Assembly: GCA_942493275.1 (NCBI GenBank)
Contig: OW818687.1
Location: 1,519,522 to 1,583,521 of the forward strand
Source of the DNA: an uncultured Coriobacteriia bacterium
GTDB lineage: Bacteria; Actinomycetota; Coriobacteriia; Anaerosomatales; PHET01
Reading direction: 5' to 3'
Length of the DNA: 64,000 nt
Part shown: piece by piece, positions 9,301 through 17,178 of the stretch
How positions within the stretch are numbered: the first letter of the stretch is position 1
Layout of the letters: the number at the start of each line of letters is the position of its first letter
The notes under the pieces: model-generated
Told to the model about the DNA's origin: nothing
What the model saw: the letters and a program-made list of their open reading frames with translations, nothing else
The model's database searches: none
Made by a program: the position numbers and the translations under genes

Positions 9301-11194
9301 CATGCGGCTGAGCCCCAACCCGCTGGGAACGGGCACGACGTGGACTTCGGTCGTGATGAGCTACTACCACACGCTCGGCACGCAGTGCGACGGCACGCTG
9401 TGGGCATGGGGCAGCGGCTCGAGCGGCCAGCTCGGTCTGGGCGCCGCGAGTGAGGCCCTGGCGCCCACGCAGGTACCCGATGACGTCGACTGGACCTCCG
9501 TGTCGGCGGGCTACTCGCACGCCGTGGCCATCAAGAGCGACGGCTCGCTGTGGTCGTGGGGCCGCAACGATGCCGGCGAGCTCGGGACCGGCGGCGAGGC
9601 GCTCGACGTGCGTAACCCGGAGCTCGCGTGGGCGCCTGGTGACACGGTGACGCCGATGCAGCCGGTGGTGCGCTCGACCACGCATCCGTTCGTCGCGCCG
9701 GTGGGTTCGGCGGACTTCGACGCAGCGCTGTTCGCGCTCGACAGCGAGTCAGACGTACGCGGCTTCTCCTGGACAATCGACCAGGCCGCAGACACCGAGC
9801 CGGACGACACGCTGGAGTCGGACGGCGCGGATGCGACCGTCTCGGAGAGTATGGCGAGCGGCACCTGGTACCTGCACGTGCGCGCGCAGGACCTCGGTTA
9901 CAACTGGAGCGAAACCACGCACTTCGCGTTCGTGGTCAACGCCGCACCGCAGGCGGTCGACGACGAGTTCACCTCCGATGAGGACGTCGTGCTCGAGGTG
10001 GATGCCGCCAACGGTGTGCTCGCCAACGACACCGACGCCGATGACGACGATCTGACGGTGAGCCTCGTCGACGACGTGGCCCACGGCACGCTCGATCTGT
10101 CATCGGACGGCTCGTTCACCTACACGCCCGACGCGAACTGGTTTGGCGAGGACACGTTCACCTACAAGGCAAACGACGGCACGGCCGACTCGGCTGCAGC
10201 CCTCGTGACCATCACGGTCAACGACGTCAATGATCTGCCGCCGGTTATCGCGGTAGAGGGCAAGAGCCGTTTCGCGACTGCGGTCAGGGCCTCCGAGGAG
10301 GCATACCCCGACGGGCTCGATGCCGTGGGAGACAAGACGGTGGTTATCGCGACCGGCATGAACTGGCCCGACGCGCTGGGCGGCTCGAGCCTCGCCGGCG
10401 CGCTCGACGGTCCGATCCTGCTGGTGGAGACGAACAGCGTTCCGACCTCGGTGACCGCTGAAATCACCCGCCTCGGCGCCGATAAGGCCGTCATCCTGGG
10501 CGGTACCGCAGCAGTCGGCGCCGGCGTCGAGACCGCGCTCAAGACCCAGCTCGGTGCTGGCGACGTCAGGCGCATCTCGGGATCGAACCGCTACGCGACC
10601 GCCGATGCGATTGCCGAGGAGGTCATCGCGCTTGCAGGACCGGGCTACGACGGCACGGCCTTCGTTGCGACGGGAGCGAAGTTCCCTGACGCCTTGGGCG
10701 CAGCTCCGCTGGCCGCCGCCAACGCATGGCCGCTCTTCCTGGCCGATCCCGTGACGGGTCTCTCGGCAGGCACCAAGGCGGCGATGACCGGCGTGGATGA
10801 GGTTCTGGTCCTCGGCGGGACCGCCGTGGTCTCGACTGGCGTGGAGACGTACCTGAACACGGAGTACGGCGACGCGAACGTCGAGCGTATCAGTGGCGCC
10901 AGCCGCTACGAGACCGCGGCGAAGATCGCCGACTGGGGCGTGGCCAACGCGGGTCTCGGCTGGAACCGCGTCGCGATCGCGACGGGAACCAACTTCCCGG
11001 ATGCGCTCGCCGGTGGGGTGCTCCAGGGACAGGTGGGCAGCGTCATGCTGCTGACGACGCCGGACAAGCTCGACGCGTATCCGGCCGCAGCGCTGACCGC
11101 GAACAAGGCCGAGATCACCACGGTCACGTTCTTTGGTGGCACCGGTGCGCTGCCGCAGGTGGTGCGCGACCAGGTGGGTGCTGCACTGCAGTAG
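6344..11194 (+). CDS. Secreted surface protein: 21 RCC1 blades + cadherin/Big-like domain + 3 cell-wall-binding-2 (CWB2) repeats
   Basis: ATG 6344 follows GAGGGG, so the track start 6308 is rejected. Signal peptide is MTSRTLGRILSPLLAVLLLTSGVMPAFA. There are 21 consecutive DG[TS]LW[AS]WG.N..GQLGLGD units. The cadherin-like segment reads AVDDEFTSDEDVVLEV..GVLANDTDADDD..FTYTPDANWFGEDTFTY..VNDLP. Three CWB2 units follow (SRFATA/NRYATA/SRYETA...NWPDALGG...PILL) from about 10259. Confidence 0.9.
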   Translation: MTSRTLGRILSPLLAVLLLTSGVMPAFAGDAPAATNPRPTAVKLAVGDGHTVQIRSDGSLWAWGTNTYGRLGLGDSATRRLPTRVGTDTDWVSVAAGGSGQTLALKSDGTLWAWGRNYSGQLGLGDTTDRFVPTQVGTRTDWVSVSTGMYNSFGIRSDGTLWAWGYNLKGELGDNTQTQRTSPVQVPGTGWVSVEPGFFYTLAIKNDGTLWSWGLNDRGQLGLDDTTDRHSPTQVAGTGWSSIAAGDYHGLGVKTDGTLWSWGDNSNGQLGLNDNASRPVPTQVAGTGWTTVAAGMYHSLALKSDGTSWAFGDNGYGQLGVNDMNDRLVPAQVTTTVDMVGLVAGALHSGAVASDGSVWKWGYNLGTGNLGLGDVGGRVLIPMRITPAADWTQVDGGSFHTVGLRSDGSLWSWGNGNGPLGHGDSVMRVAPARIGGDTWKAVSTGNDHTVAVKADGTLWAWGSNYYGQFGNGASGPAASSASPVKIGTGTDWAAVSAGNGFTLALKSDGTIWSAGRNRNSELGLGFSSEDEDPQSTLAQVGADTDWVQISAGNNHSMARKADGTLWNWGANYYGEGGQPSVGSKYNEPTRVGSDSNWKTVYAGGYHTLAIKTDGTLWAWGYNSNGQTGNAGGGTVAQVGTDSDWASVAAGDMFSVASKTDGTAYGWGFNAAGMVGDGSGTDRSAPSLIADHDDFSQVFAGMQFAFGTKADGSLWGWGDNGVGQLGDSTQVTRLSPVFAAHGRAQGTGGVTPVVSAGASHTLAVRGDGSLWAWGANDYGKLGVGDKAVRTTPTRVGTDNDWRAVATGLNFSLALKSDGTLWAWGLNDQGQAGLGGTYEALTPTQVGSDSDWVTISAGNGHTLAVKSNGTLWAWGNGGMGRLGRGSTEDSNVPVQAGTDTDWKTVSAGGVHSLAIKDNGTLWSAGYNVFGQLGLGDVDDRFVFTQVGSATDWCSASTGVFHSAAINTAGELWVWGANDSGQLGLDDKIMRLSPNPLGTGTTWTSVVMSYYHTLGTQCDGTLWAWGSGSSGQLGLGAASEALAPTQVPDDVDWTSVSAGYSHAVAIKSDGSLWSWGRNDAGELGTGGEALDVRNPELAWAPGDTVTPMQPVVRSTTHPFVAPVGSADFDAALFALDSESDVRGFSWTIDQAADTEPDDTLESDGADATVSESMASGTWYLHVRAQDLGYNWSETTHFAFVVNAAPQAVDDEFTSDEDVVLEVDAANGVLANDTDADDDDLTVSLVDDVAHGTLDLSSDGSFTYTPDANWFGEDTFTYKANDGTADSAAALVTITVNDVNDLPPVIAVEGKSRFATAVRASEEAYPDGLDAVGDKTVVIATGMNWPDALGGSSLAGALDGPILLVETNSVPTSVTAEITRLGADKAVILGGTAAVGAGVETALKTQLGAGDVRRISGSNRYATADAIAEEVIALAGPGYDGTAFVATGAKFPDALGAAPLAAANAWPLFLADPVTGLSAGTKAAMTGVDEVLVLGGTAVVSTGVETYLNTEYGDANVERISGASRYETAAKIADWGVANAGLGWNRVAIATGTNFPDALAGGVLQGQVGSVMLLTTPDKLDAYPAAALTANKAEITTVTFFGGTGALPQVVRDQVGAALQ
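6464..9620 (+). repeat. Array of 21 RCC1-type beta-propeller blade repeats (coding, ~150-165 bp period)
   Basis: I counted 21 W.WG/..G.LG.. blade signatures by eye in the translation, from SLWAWGTNTYGRLGLGD to SLWSWGRNDAGELGTG. Confidence 0.8.
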
Positions 11195-11211
11195 CGACAC
11201 GTTCACTGAGT

Positions 11212-11247
11212 AGAGGGCGGCGGCTGCATAATCGGCCGCCGCCCTCT
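11212..11247 (+). terminator. Rho-independent-type hairpin after the RCC1 gene
   Basis: AGAGGGCGGCGGC (11212..11224) pairs perfectly with GCCGCCGCCCTCT (11235..11247) across a 10-nt loop. It lies 18 nt after the stop. The T-tail is weak (GTATAT). Confidence 0.65.
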
Positions 11248-11412
11248 GTATATCCAGAGGGCAATGTGCGACAATGACACTCACATTTCGCGCGGCGGTA
11301 GCCGGATCTGCCGAGTGCCCCCGCGATATGGCTTTCCCCACGCTTACCAGCGTCCTTTTCGCGCCTCCGGCGCGCGCTGGTCGTGAAGTGACCTACGAAG
11401 GGATCGGTGGTC

Positions 11413-13728
11413 ATGAGTCAGATCCACGCACTCCGTTCTGCATACTCAACGTATTCCTCGCAAGCCCGCCGCGGTGGTCTCAGCCTTGTGCTGGCTTCCG
11501 CTCTGCTTATCCAGGGCATGATCGGTTTTGGGCAGCTGGCCGCACCGGCCGCTGCGTTCGCGGCGGGTCGCACCGTCAACGTCGCCACCGCCGCCGAGCT
11601 CATCTCGGCCGTGCGTGACCTGCAGGACGGCGACACCGTCGTCCTCGCAGCGGGCACCTACGACGTCGAGCGCCAGCTGGGCGACATGAACATGGGTGGC
11701 CAGACGGGCTGGTACTTCCCGATCTGGAAGAATGACGTCACCGTCCGCGGAGCCGGCGTCGGCCAGACGACTCTCACGAGTTCGGTCGACTCGCCCAACG
11801 GCGCGTGGGCTTCTCAGGACTTCATCTCGGTGTGGGCCAACGGTGTCACGATCGAGGGCATGACCGTCGTGTCCAAGAACCAGACCAACAAAGCCATCGA
11901 GATCATGGGCAAGGACTGCACCCTGCGCGGCCTGGAGTTCCTCACCAACCCGCTGCAGTCCGATGCCGGTGAGTTCTACGAGTTCAGCGGTTCCGTCTAC
12001 TTCAATCCCATGGCTTCCGTGACCGGCGCTGCCGGTGACGTGGGCGCTTCTCGGATGGAGGACGTGTTCATCGAATCGGCGTGGGTTTCGGCGCCGCTCG
12101 CTGTCGTCACCACCGGAACCATCGACCTCAGCGGGGTCACCCTCGACTGGGTCGAGGGCGGCTACGCGCCGTACAACGGCTACGGCATGATGAGCTCCAA
12201 CCCGTGCTTCCGCGTCGAGCAGGACGTGACGTTCGTGGTGGATAACACGATGTACAGCATCGCCACGCAGGCGAGCGCACGTCTGCCCATCGGCGCTGCG
12301 CTGCAGTATGAGGGCCCCGTCGGCCCCTCCGACGAGGTCACCTCCAGCGTATTCACGAGCCTCAAGCGCGGCGGCTCCTACCCCGCGTCCGGCACGGTCG
12401 GTTTCGCCTACGGTGATCCGATGCGGTACGCGTGGACCTTCCCGATCGGCACGCTGGATCCGTCGTTCGACGCCACGTTCTTCCCCGGCATCGCCGTGCG
12501 CACGACTCTCGACACCGCGGTGGGCGACATGTTCGCCTCCGCCGAGCTGCCCGCGTCCGGGCACGACGTAGTCGAGGTGTCGCTGGCTCACGAGGGCGCG
12601 CTTCCCGGACTCGCGCAGCTTGAGCTGCTCACCGATCCGGAGCTCGCAGGCAAGACGTTTGAGCTGTTCACCTTCGGTCCCGAGGTCGGTGGCGGCCCGC
12701 TCGCATCCGCAGGCCAGACCGTCATCGTGGATGAGGACGGCTACGTCACCATCGACGTGGACACGGGCGATGTGTGGTACCTCGTCGAGGTTCCGGCCGA
12801 GGTCGCCTTCATCCGCCACGCCGGGGCGAACCGCTACGACACGGCTATCAAGGCCGCCGAGGAGGCGTTCCCCGAGGGCGCTGACGCGGCCATCCTCGCG
12901 TGCGCCAAGGACTTCCCAGATGCCATTGCGGCCTCCACGCTCGCCGGCGTCATCGATGGGCCGATCCTGCTCACCGATACGGCCGTGCTGACCCCGCAGA
13001 CTGCCGCGGAGTTGAACGCGCTGGGCGTCGAGACCGTCTACATCGCCGGTGGCCCGAATGCCGTGTCGAACGCGATCCAGAGTGATCTCGACGACACCTA
13101 CGACGTGGTCCGCCTCGCTGGCCGCAGCCGCTACGAGACCGCCAAGGCAATCGCCGATGAGGCGGTCCGTCTGGGCGCGAGCGACACCGAGGCATTCCTG
13201 GTTCGCGGTGACGACTTCGCAGATGCCCTTGCCGTCGCTTCGATCGCCACTCAGCGTCAGGTGCCGGTTCTGCTCACCTTCTCCGGCGCGCTTGCCCCCA
13301 GTGCCGCAAGCTTCATCGAGTCCAACTCCGTTGGCGACGTCTACGTCGCCGGTGGCACCAACGCCGTGTCGAACGCGACCGCGAACTCGGTCACCTCGCT
13401 CGGCTCAGCGGTGACTCGTTGGTCGGGCGGCAACCGCTACGCGACGGCCGCCACGGTCGTCGGCGAAGCTGTTGCCCTGTGGGACATGGACGTCACCCAC
13501 ATCGGCCTGTCGTCGGGTGCGAACTTCCCCGACGCCGTCGCCGGTGGTGCCGCCATGGGCGCCAAGTCGGGCTTCCTGCTGCTGACCGATCCCAAGGCGC
13601 TTTCGCCGGAGGCCGAGACGCTGATCTCGGGTAACACGGCCACCATCGTTCAGGTCGAGTTCTTCGGCGGCGTGAACGCGCTGGCTGCCGATGTCTCCGA
13701 TGCTGTGATGGACCTGTTCGCCGAGTAG
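11413..13728 (+). CDS. Secreted right-handed beta-helix (pectate-lyase-fold-like) protein with 3 CWB2 repeats
   Basis: The N-terminal hydrophobic signal region ends in AAFAAGRT. TVNVATAAELISAVRDLQDGDTVVLAAGTYDV is typical of beta-helix proteins. The C-terminal half carries three CWB2 units (ANRYDTAIKAAE..FPDAIAAS..PILLTD; SRYETAKAIAD; NRYATAATVV). The start could be GTG 11407 or ATG 11413. Confidence 0.8.
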   Translation: MSQIHALRSAYSTYSSQARRGGLSLVLASALLIQGMIGFGQLAAPAAAFAAGRTVNVATAAELISAVRDLQDGDTVVLAAGTYDVERQLGDMNMGGQTGWYFPIWKNDVTVRGAGVGQTTLTSSVDSPNGAWASQDFISVWANGVTIEGMTVVSKNQTNKAIEIMGKDCTLRGLEFLTNPLQSDAGEFYEFSGSVYFNPMASVTGAAGDVGASRMEDVFIESAWVSAPLAVVTTGTIDLSGVTLDWVEGGYAPYNGYGMMSSNPCFRVEQDVTFVVDNTMYSIATQASARLPIGAALQYEGPVGPSDEVTSSVFTSLKRGGSYPASGTVGFAYGDPMRYAWTFPIGTLDPSFDATFFPGIAVRTTLDTAVGDMFASAELPASGHDVVEVSLAHEGALPGLAQLELLTDPELAGKTFELFTFGPEVGGGPLASAGQTVIVDEDGYVTIDVDTGDVWYLVEVPAEVAFIRHAGANRYDTAIKAAEEAFPEGADAAILACAKDFPDAIAASTLAGVIDGPILLTDTAVLTPQTAAELNALGVETVYIAGGPNAVSNAIQSDLDDTYDVVRLAGRSRYETAKAIADEAVRLGASDTEAFLVRGDDFADALAVASIATQRQVPVLLTFSGALAPSAASFIESNSVGDVYVAGGTNAVSNATANSVTSLGSAVTRWSGGNRYATAATVVGEAVALWDMDVTHIGLSSGANFPDAVAGGAAMGAKSGFLLLTDPKALSPEAETLISGNTATIVQVEFFGGVNALAADVSDAVMDLFAE

Positions 13729-13752
13729 CAGCAGGCACAACACGCGTTATTG

Positions 13753-13782
13753 GGAAGGGGTCGCCAATCGGCGGCCCCTTCC
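13753..13782 (+). terminator. Hairpin terminator after the beta-helix gene
   Basis: GGAAGGGGTCGCC (13753..13765) pairs with GGCGGCCCCTTCC (13770..13782). There is one G-U pair, a 4-nt loop, and TTGTG follows. Confidence 0.6.
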
Positions 13783-13820
13783 TTGTGCACACAGCCGCGG
13801 CGTGGACACCACGGAGCGGG

Positions 13821-13840
13821 GGGTATACATTGGGTATACA
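13821..13840. promoter_or_regulatory. Tandem GGGTATACA boxes (11-bp period, each containing palindromic GTATAC) upstream of the antitoxin gene; likely TA operator/-10 region
   Basis: GGGTATACA occurs at 13821..13829 and 13832..13840. The second box ends 25 bp upstream of ATG 13866. This is an AT-rich island in GC-rich DNA. Confidence 0.4.
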
Positions 13841-13865
13841 CGAAGTTCGGAATCAGGGAGCAGCG

Positions 13866-14141
13866 ATGAAGGTCAAGACGCGCAAGGTTGGCAACAGCCT
13901 GACCGTAACGATCCCCAAAGAGCTGGTCAGCGAGATGGACCTCTCGGAGGACACCGACATGAACATCTTCGTGCGCGAGGGCACGGTCGTCCTCGAGCCG
14001 GTGGTATCTCGCTGGGACCGGCTCGTGGCTCGTGTTCGTGATCAGGCAGCCGAGCGCGGGCTGACCGAGGCAGACGTCCGCGCAGAGGTCAGCGCGTTGC
14101 GCGACAGGCTCTCCGACGCTGACGGCGACTGCGTCGAGTGA
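13866..14141 (+). CDS. AbrB/MazE/SpoVT-family antitoxin
   Basis: MKVKTRKVGNSLTVTIPKELVSEMDL matches the swapped-hairpin AbrB motif. GGGAG lies 6 nt upstream of ATG 13866, so the track start 13785 is rejected. The stop overlaps the toxin start. Confidence 0.8.
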   Translation: MKVKTRKVGNSLTVTIPKELVSEMDLSEDTDMNIFVREGTVVLEPVVSRWDRLVARVRDQAAERGLTEADVRAEVSALRDRLSDADGDCVE

Positions 14142-14542
14142 TTCAGCCACGGATTCTCATCGACACCAATGTGCTGATCTCCGCCATCATCTTCGGGGGC
14201 GCGCCTGGAGAGCTGCTGGATGCTGCACGCGCAGGCCGCGTCCACGGGGTGGTCTCGCTCCACATTCTCGGCGAGTTCCGAGATGTGCTGACGCGACCGC
14301 GCTTCGGATTCGATGCTGCCACTGTCGACTCCCTGATCGAGGAGATTGCAGCGCTCTGCGAAGTGGTTCCCGTTGAACATGCCGTGCGCAGCTGGACGGT
14401 TGACCCCAAGGACGATCCCGTCGTCGAGGCCGCGATGGCGGCGCGTGTCCAGATGGTGGTTACAGGCGACCAGCACCTGCTCAACTTGAGTCTCGCTGCG
14501 TTTCAGACACTCTCGCCGGCGGAGGCGCTTGCCAGGCTCTAG
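14138..14542 (+). CDS. PIN-domain toxin (PIN_3-like)
   Basis: ILIDTNVLISAII...PKDDPVVEAAMAARVQMVVTGDQHLL carries the PIN acidic residues. GTG 14138 overlaps the antitoxin stop as GTGA. Confidence 0.85.
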   Translation: MIQPRILIDTNVLISAIIFGGAPGELLDAARAGRVHGVVSLHILGEFRDVLTRPRFGFDAATVDSLIEEIAALCEVVPVEHAVRSWTVDPKDDPVVEAAMAARVQMVVTGDQHLLNLSLAAFQTLSPAEALARL

Positions 14543-15459
14543 CGCCCCCGCGCCCCGACCCCCGCAGCCGCCTCCAGCACCAGCAGCGCCGCCAGCCGTA
14601 CGGTCCGCCCGTCGGGCGCGTCGATCGCCGCGTCGATCTCGGTGAAGTCGAGCGCCGCCACCCGCGGGTCCTCGGCGAGGCAGCCCACCAGCACCCGCAG
14701 CTCGTCGGCTGAGATCCCGCCGGGGGCCGCAGAGGGGCAGCCCGGCACCTCGGCGCGGTCGCACACGTCGACGTCAACGTCGACGAACACGCGGCGTCCG
14801 CCCGCACCGGCGACGTCGAGCGCCTCTGCGCACACCGAGCGCAGATCGGCTCCGCGCAGCGCCGATCGCGCCACCACCGTGATGCCGGCCTCGCGTGCGC
14901 GAGCCGCATAAGCGGCCGAGTTCGAGAAGTCCGCGATCCCTATCTGCACGACGTTGCCGCCGGGCAGCCCCGCCTCGAGCAGGCGGCGCACCGGCGAGCC
15001 GTTCGAGACCCCATCGCGCAGGTCGTGGTGCGCGTCGATCGTGATGAGCCCCCAGTCCTCGAGCCCGCCCTCGGCCAGCCCGCGCATGACGCTGTAGGTG
15101 AGCGAGTTGTCGCCGCCGATCGCCAGCAGGACCCGCGAGCGCCGCCCCGCCTCGGCGACCGCCGCCTGCGCCCGGTCCTCGCCGTCGGCGCCGTCCGGCT
15201 CGGCCACGTCACCGAAGTCGAACGCGAGCAGCTCGGCGACGTCGAACCCGCGGCTGGCCGAGTAAGTCGAGTAGAAGCGCAGCGCGTCTCGCACCGCACC
15301 CGGGGTCGCGTGCGCACCGGTCGGCGTGATGGAGGTGCGGTGAGTCGGTACGCCCAGCACTCCGATGTCGGCGATGCGCTCATCGGCAGGCTCGGCCGGA
15401 AGCAGCCAGTGCGCGGCACGCGGCCACAGCGGATCGGCGGGGAGCGGGTTGCTCGGCAT
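14539..15459 (-). CDS. hutG: Formimidoylglutamase (arginase-fold)
   Basis: Arginase-family motifs are GGDNSLTY, ITIDAHHDLRD and VDVDVDVCD. The gene is divergent from hutHUI. ATG 15459 is preceded by GAGGAG, so the track start 15516 is rejected. Confidence 0.75.
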   Translation of the reverse strand: MPSNPLPADPLWPRAAHWLLPAEPADERIADIGVLGVPTHRTSITPTGAHATPGAVRDALRFYSTYSASRGFDVAELLAFDFGDVAEPDGADGEDRAQAAVAEAGRRSRVLLAIGGDNSLTYSVMRGLAEGGLEDWGLITIDAHHDLRDGVSNGSPVRRLLEAGLPGGNVVQIGIADFSNSAAYAARAREAGITVVARSALRGADLRSVCAEALDVAGAGGRRVFVDVDVDVCDRAEVPGCPSAAPGGISADELRVLVGCLAEDPRVAALDFTEIDAAIDAPDGRTVRLAALLVLEAAAGVGARGR

Positions 15460-15630
15460 GGGACTCCTCAGGTTCGGCTGCTTGGCGGGGCACACCATCT
15501 CGCTGGAGTGGTGCACTGCAAACCCGCGCGTCTACACTCGCGGAGTTGTCCGCAAGGGGGACATACCCAAGAGTATTCGCGATTTCGGCGCGACGCCAAT
15601 CCGCCGAGGTCCATCCACGAGGAAGTGCCG

Positions 15631-17169
15631 ATGACCGAAACCGCCGTAGTCTCCACCGGACCGCTCTCCATCGCCGACGTCGTGAGCGTCGCCCGGGCCG
15701 GAGCGCAGGTCCGCATCTCCGAGGAGTCGCTGGCCGCGATCACCGCCTCGCGCGCGTACGTAGATGACATGGCGTCGTCGGGCCGTCCCGTCTACGGCGT
15801 GTCGACCGGGTTCGGCGCGCTCGCCACCACCTACATCGAGCCGGCGATGCGCGCGCAGCTTCAGCGCTCGCTCGTCCGCTCGCACGCCGCAGGCGCAGGT
15901 CCGTGCGTCGAGACCGAGGTGGTCCGAGCACTCATGCTGCTGCGCCTCTCCACGCTCGCGACCGGGCGCACCGGCGTGCGCGCATCGACCGCCTCGGCAT
16001 ACGCTGACTGCCTCAACGCGCACATCACGCCGTGCGTCCCGGAGTTCGGGTCACTCGGCTGTTCGGGCGATCTGGCGCCGCTCGCGCACTGCGCGCTCGC
16101 GCTGATGGGGGAGGGGGAGGTCTTCGACGCGAGCGGCACGCGGATGCCTGCCGCCGAGGCGCTCGCCGCGGCCGGCCTCACCCCCTTCGAGCTCGCCGAG
16201 AAGGAGGGCCTCGCGCTCATCAACGGGACCGACGGGATGCTCGGCATGCTGTGTCTCGCGATCACCGACCTCAACATGCTCGCCAAGGTCGCCGACATGA
16301 CCGCCTCGATGAGCATCGAGGGCCTCATGGGCACCGATGCCGTGATGGCTCCCGAGCTCCAGGCGTTGCGCCCGCATCCCGGGCAGGCGGCGAGCGCGCG
16401 CAACATGCGACGGCTGCTGCACGACTCGCCCATCGCCGAATCCCACCGCGACGGCGACGTGAAGGTGCAGGACGCCTACTCGCTACGGTGCGCGCCGCAG
16501 GTGGCGGGCGGCGTGCGCGACACCATCGAGCACGCGACGCGCGTGGCCGAGCGTGAGCTCGCAAGCGCCATCGACAACCCGGTGGTGCTGCCGGATGGCC
16601 GGATCGAGTCCAACGGCAACTTCCATGGGGCGCCCGTCGCCTACGCGCTCGACTTCCTCGCCATCGTGACCGCAGACCTCGCCTCAATCTCGGAGCGCCG
16701 CACCGACCGCATGCTCGACGCGGCGCGCAACCACGGCCTCCCGCCGTTCCTCGCCGGTGACCCCGGCGTCGACTCCGGCCACATGATCGCGCAGTACACG
16801 CAGGCCGGCATCGTGAGCGAGCTCAAGCGGCTGGCTGCGCCGGCGAGCGTGGACTCGATCCCGTCCTCGGCGATGCAGGAGGATCACGTCTCGATGGGCT
16901 GGAGCGCGGCGCGCAAGCTGCGCAAGAGCGTGGACGGCCTCGCGTACGTGCTCGCGATCGAGCTGCTGACGGCGGCCCGGGCACTCGACCTGCGAGCCCC
17001 GCTCACGGCTGCCGCGGGCACCGAGGCGGTTCGCGCGAAGCTTCGCGAGCACGTGCAGGGCGCCGGTACCGACCGGTACCTCGCGCCGGAGATGGAGCTC
17101 GCGTACCGGCTCGTCATCGACGGCAGTGCGCTTGCGGCGGCCGAGGCCGTCGTCGGCGAGCTCGAATAG
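15631..17169 (+). CDS. hutH: Histidine ammonia-lyase
   Basis: GSLGCSGDLAPLAH (the ASG/MIO-type region reads CSG here), and QDAYSLRCAPQV. ATG 15631 follows GAGGAAG. The track start 15025 is an Arg-rich antisense extension over hutG. Confidence 0.9.
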   Translation: MTETAVVSTGPLSIADVVSVARAGAQVRISEESLAAITASRAYVDDMASSGRPVYGVSTGFGALATTYIEPAMRAQLQRSLVRSHAAGAGPCVETEVVRALMLLRLSTLATGRTGVRASTASAYADCLNAHITPCVPEFGSLGCSGDLAPLAHCALALMGEGEVFDASGTRMPAAEALAAAGLTPFELAEKEGLALINGTDGMLGMLCLAITDLNMLAKVADMTASMSIEGLMGTDAVMAPELQALRPHPGQAASARNMRRLLHDSPIAESHRDGDVKVQDAYSLRCAPQVAGGVRDTIEHATRVAERELASAIDNPVVLPDGRIESNGNFHGAPVAYALDFLAIVTADLASISERRTDRMLDAARNHGLPPFLAGDPGVDSGHMIAQYTQAGIVSELKRLAAPASVDSIPSSAMQEDHVSMGWSAARKLRKSVDGLAYVLAIELLTAARALDLRAPLTAAAGTEAVRAKLREHVQGAGTDRYLAPEMELAYRLVIDGSALAAAEAVVGELE

Positions 17170-17178
17170 GAGACCCTC

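Noticed and set aside
8615-11341. 356-aa and 413-aa minus-strand ORFs (8615..9685, 10100..11341) opposite the RCC1/CWB2 gene.
   Set aside because: Their low-complexity Arg/Gly/Ala-rich translations mirror the repeat periodicity of the sense strand. This is a typical stop-codon-poor antisense frame.
1-14542. Calling the left 14.5 kb (NLR module, surface proteins, TA pair) a horizontally acquired genomic or defence island.
   Set aside because: No integrase, transposase, tRNA attachment site or flanking direct repeats are visible. Codon style looks the same as the rest of the window. Island status cannot be supported from this sequence alone.
14539-14542. Convergent PIN toxin and hutG genes sharing a CTAG in which both stop codons overlap.
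   Set aside because: It is real but trivial. It is a common consequence of tight packing, with no evidence of function.
15025-15630. Over-long N-terminal extensions in the ORF track: hutH 15025, NACHT 1873, hutI 18615, cheB 21500, cheR 22285, cheW 28264, OYE 37255, SNF 52579, AOR 57856, recQ 60125, Ig-like 63506.
   Set aside because: The extensions overlap neighbouring genes on the opposite strand or the upstream gene. They are Arg-rich and are followed by internal starts with good SD spacing or ATGA/GTGA coupling to the preceding stop.
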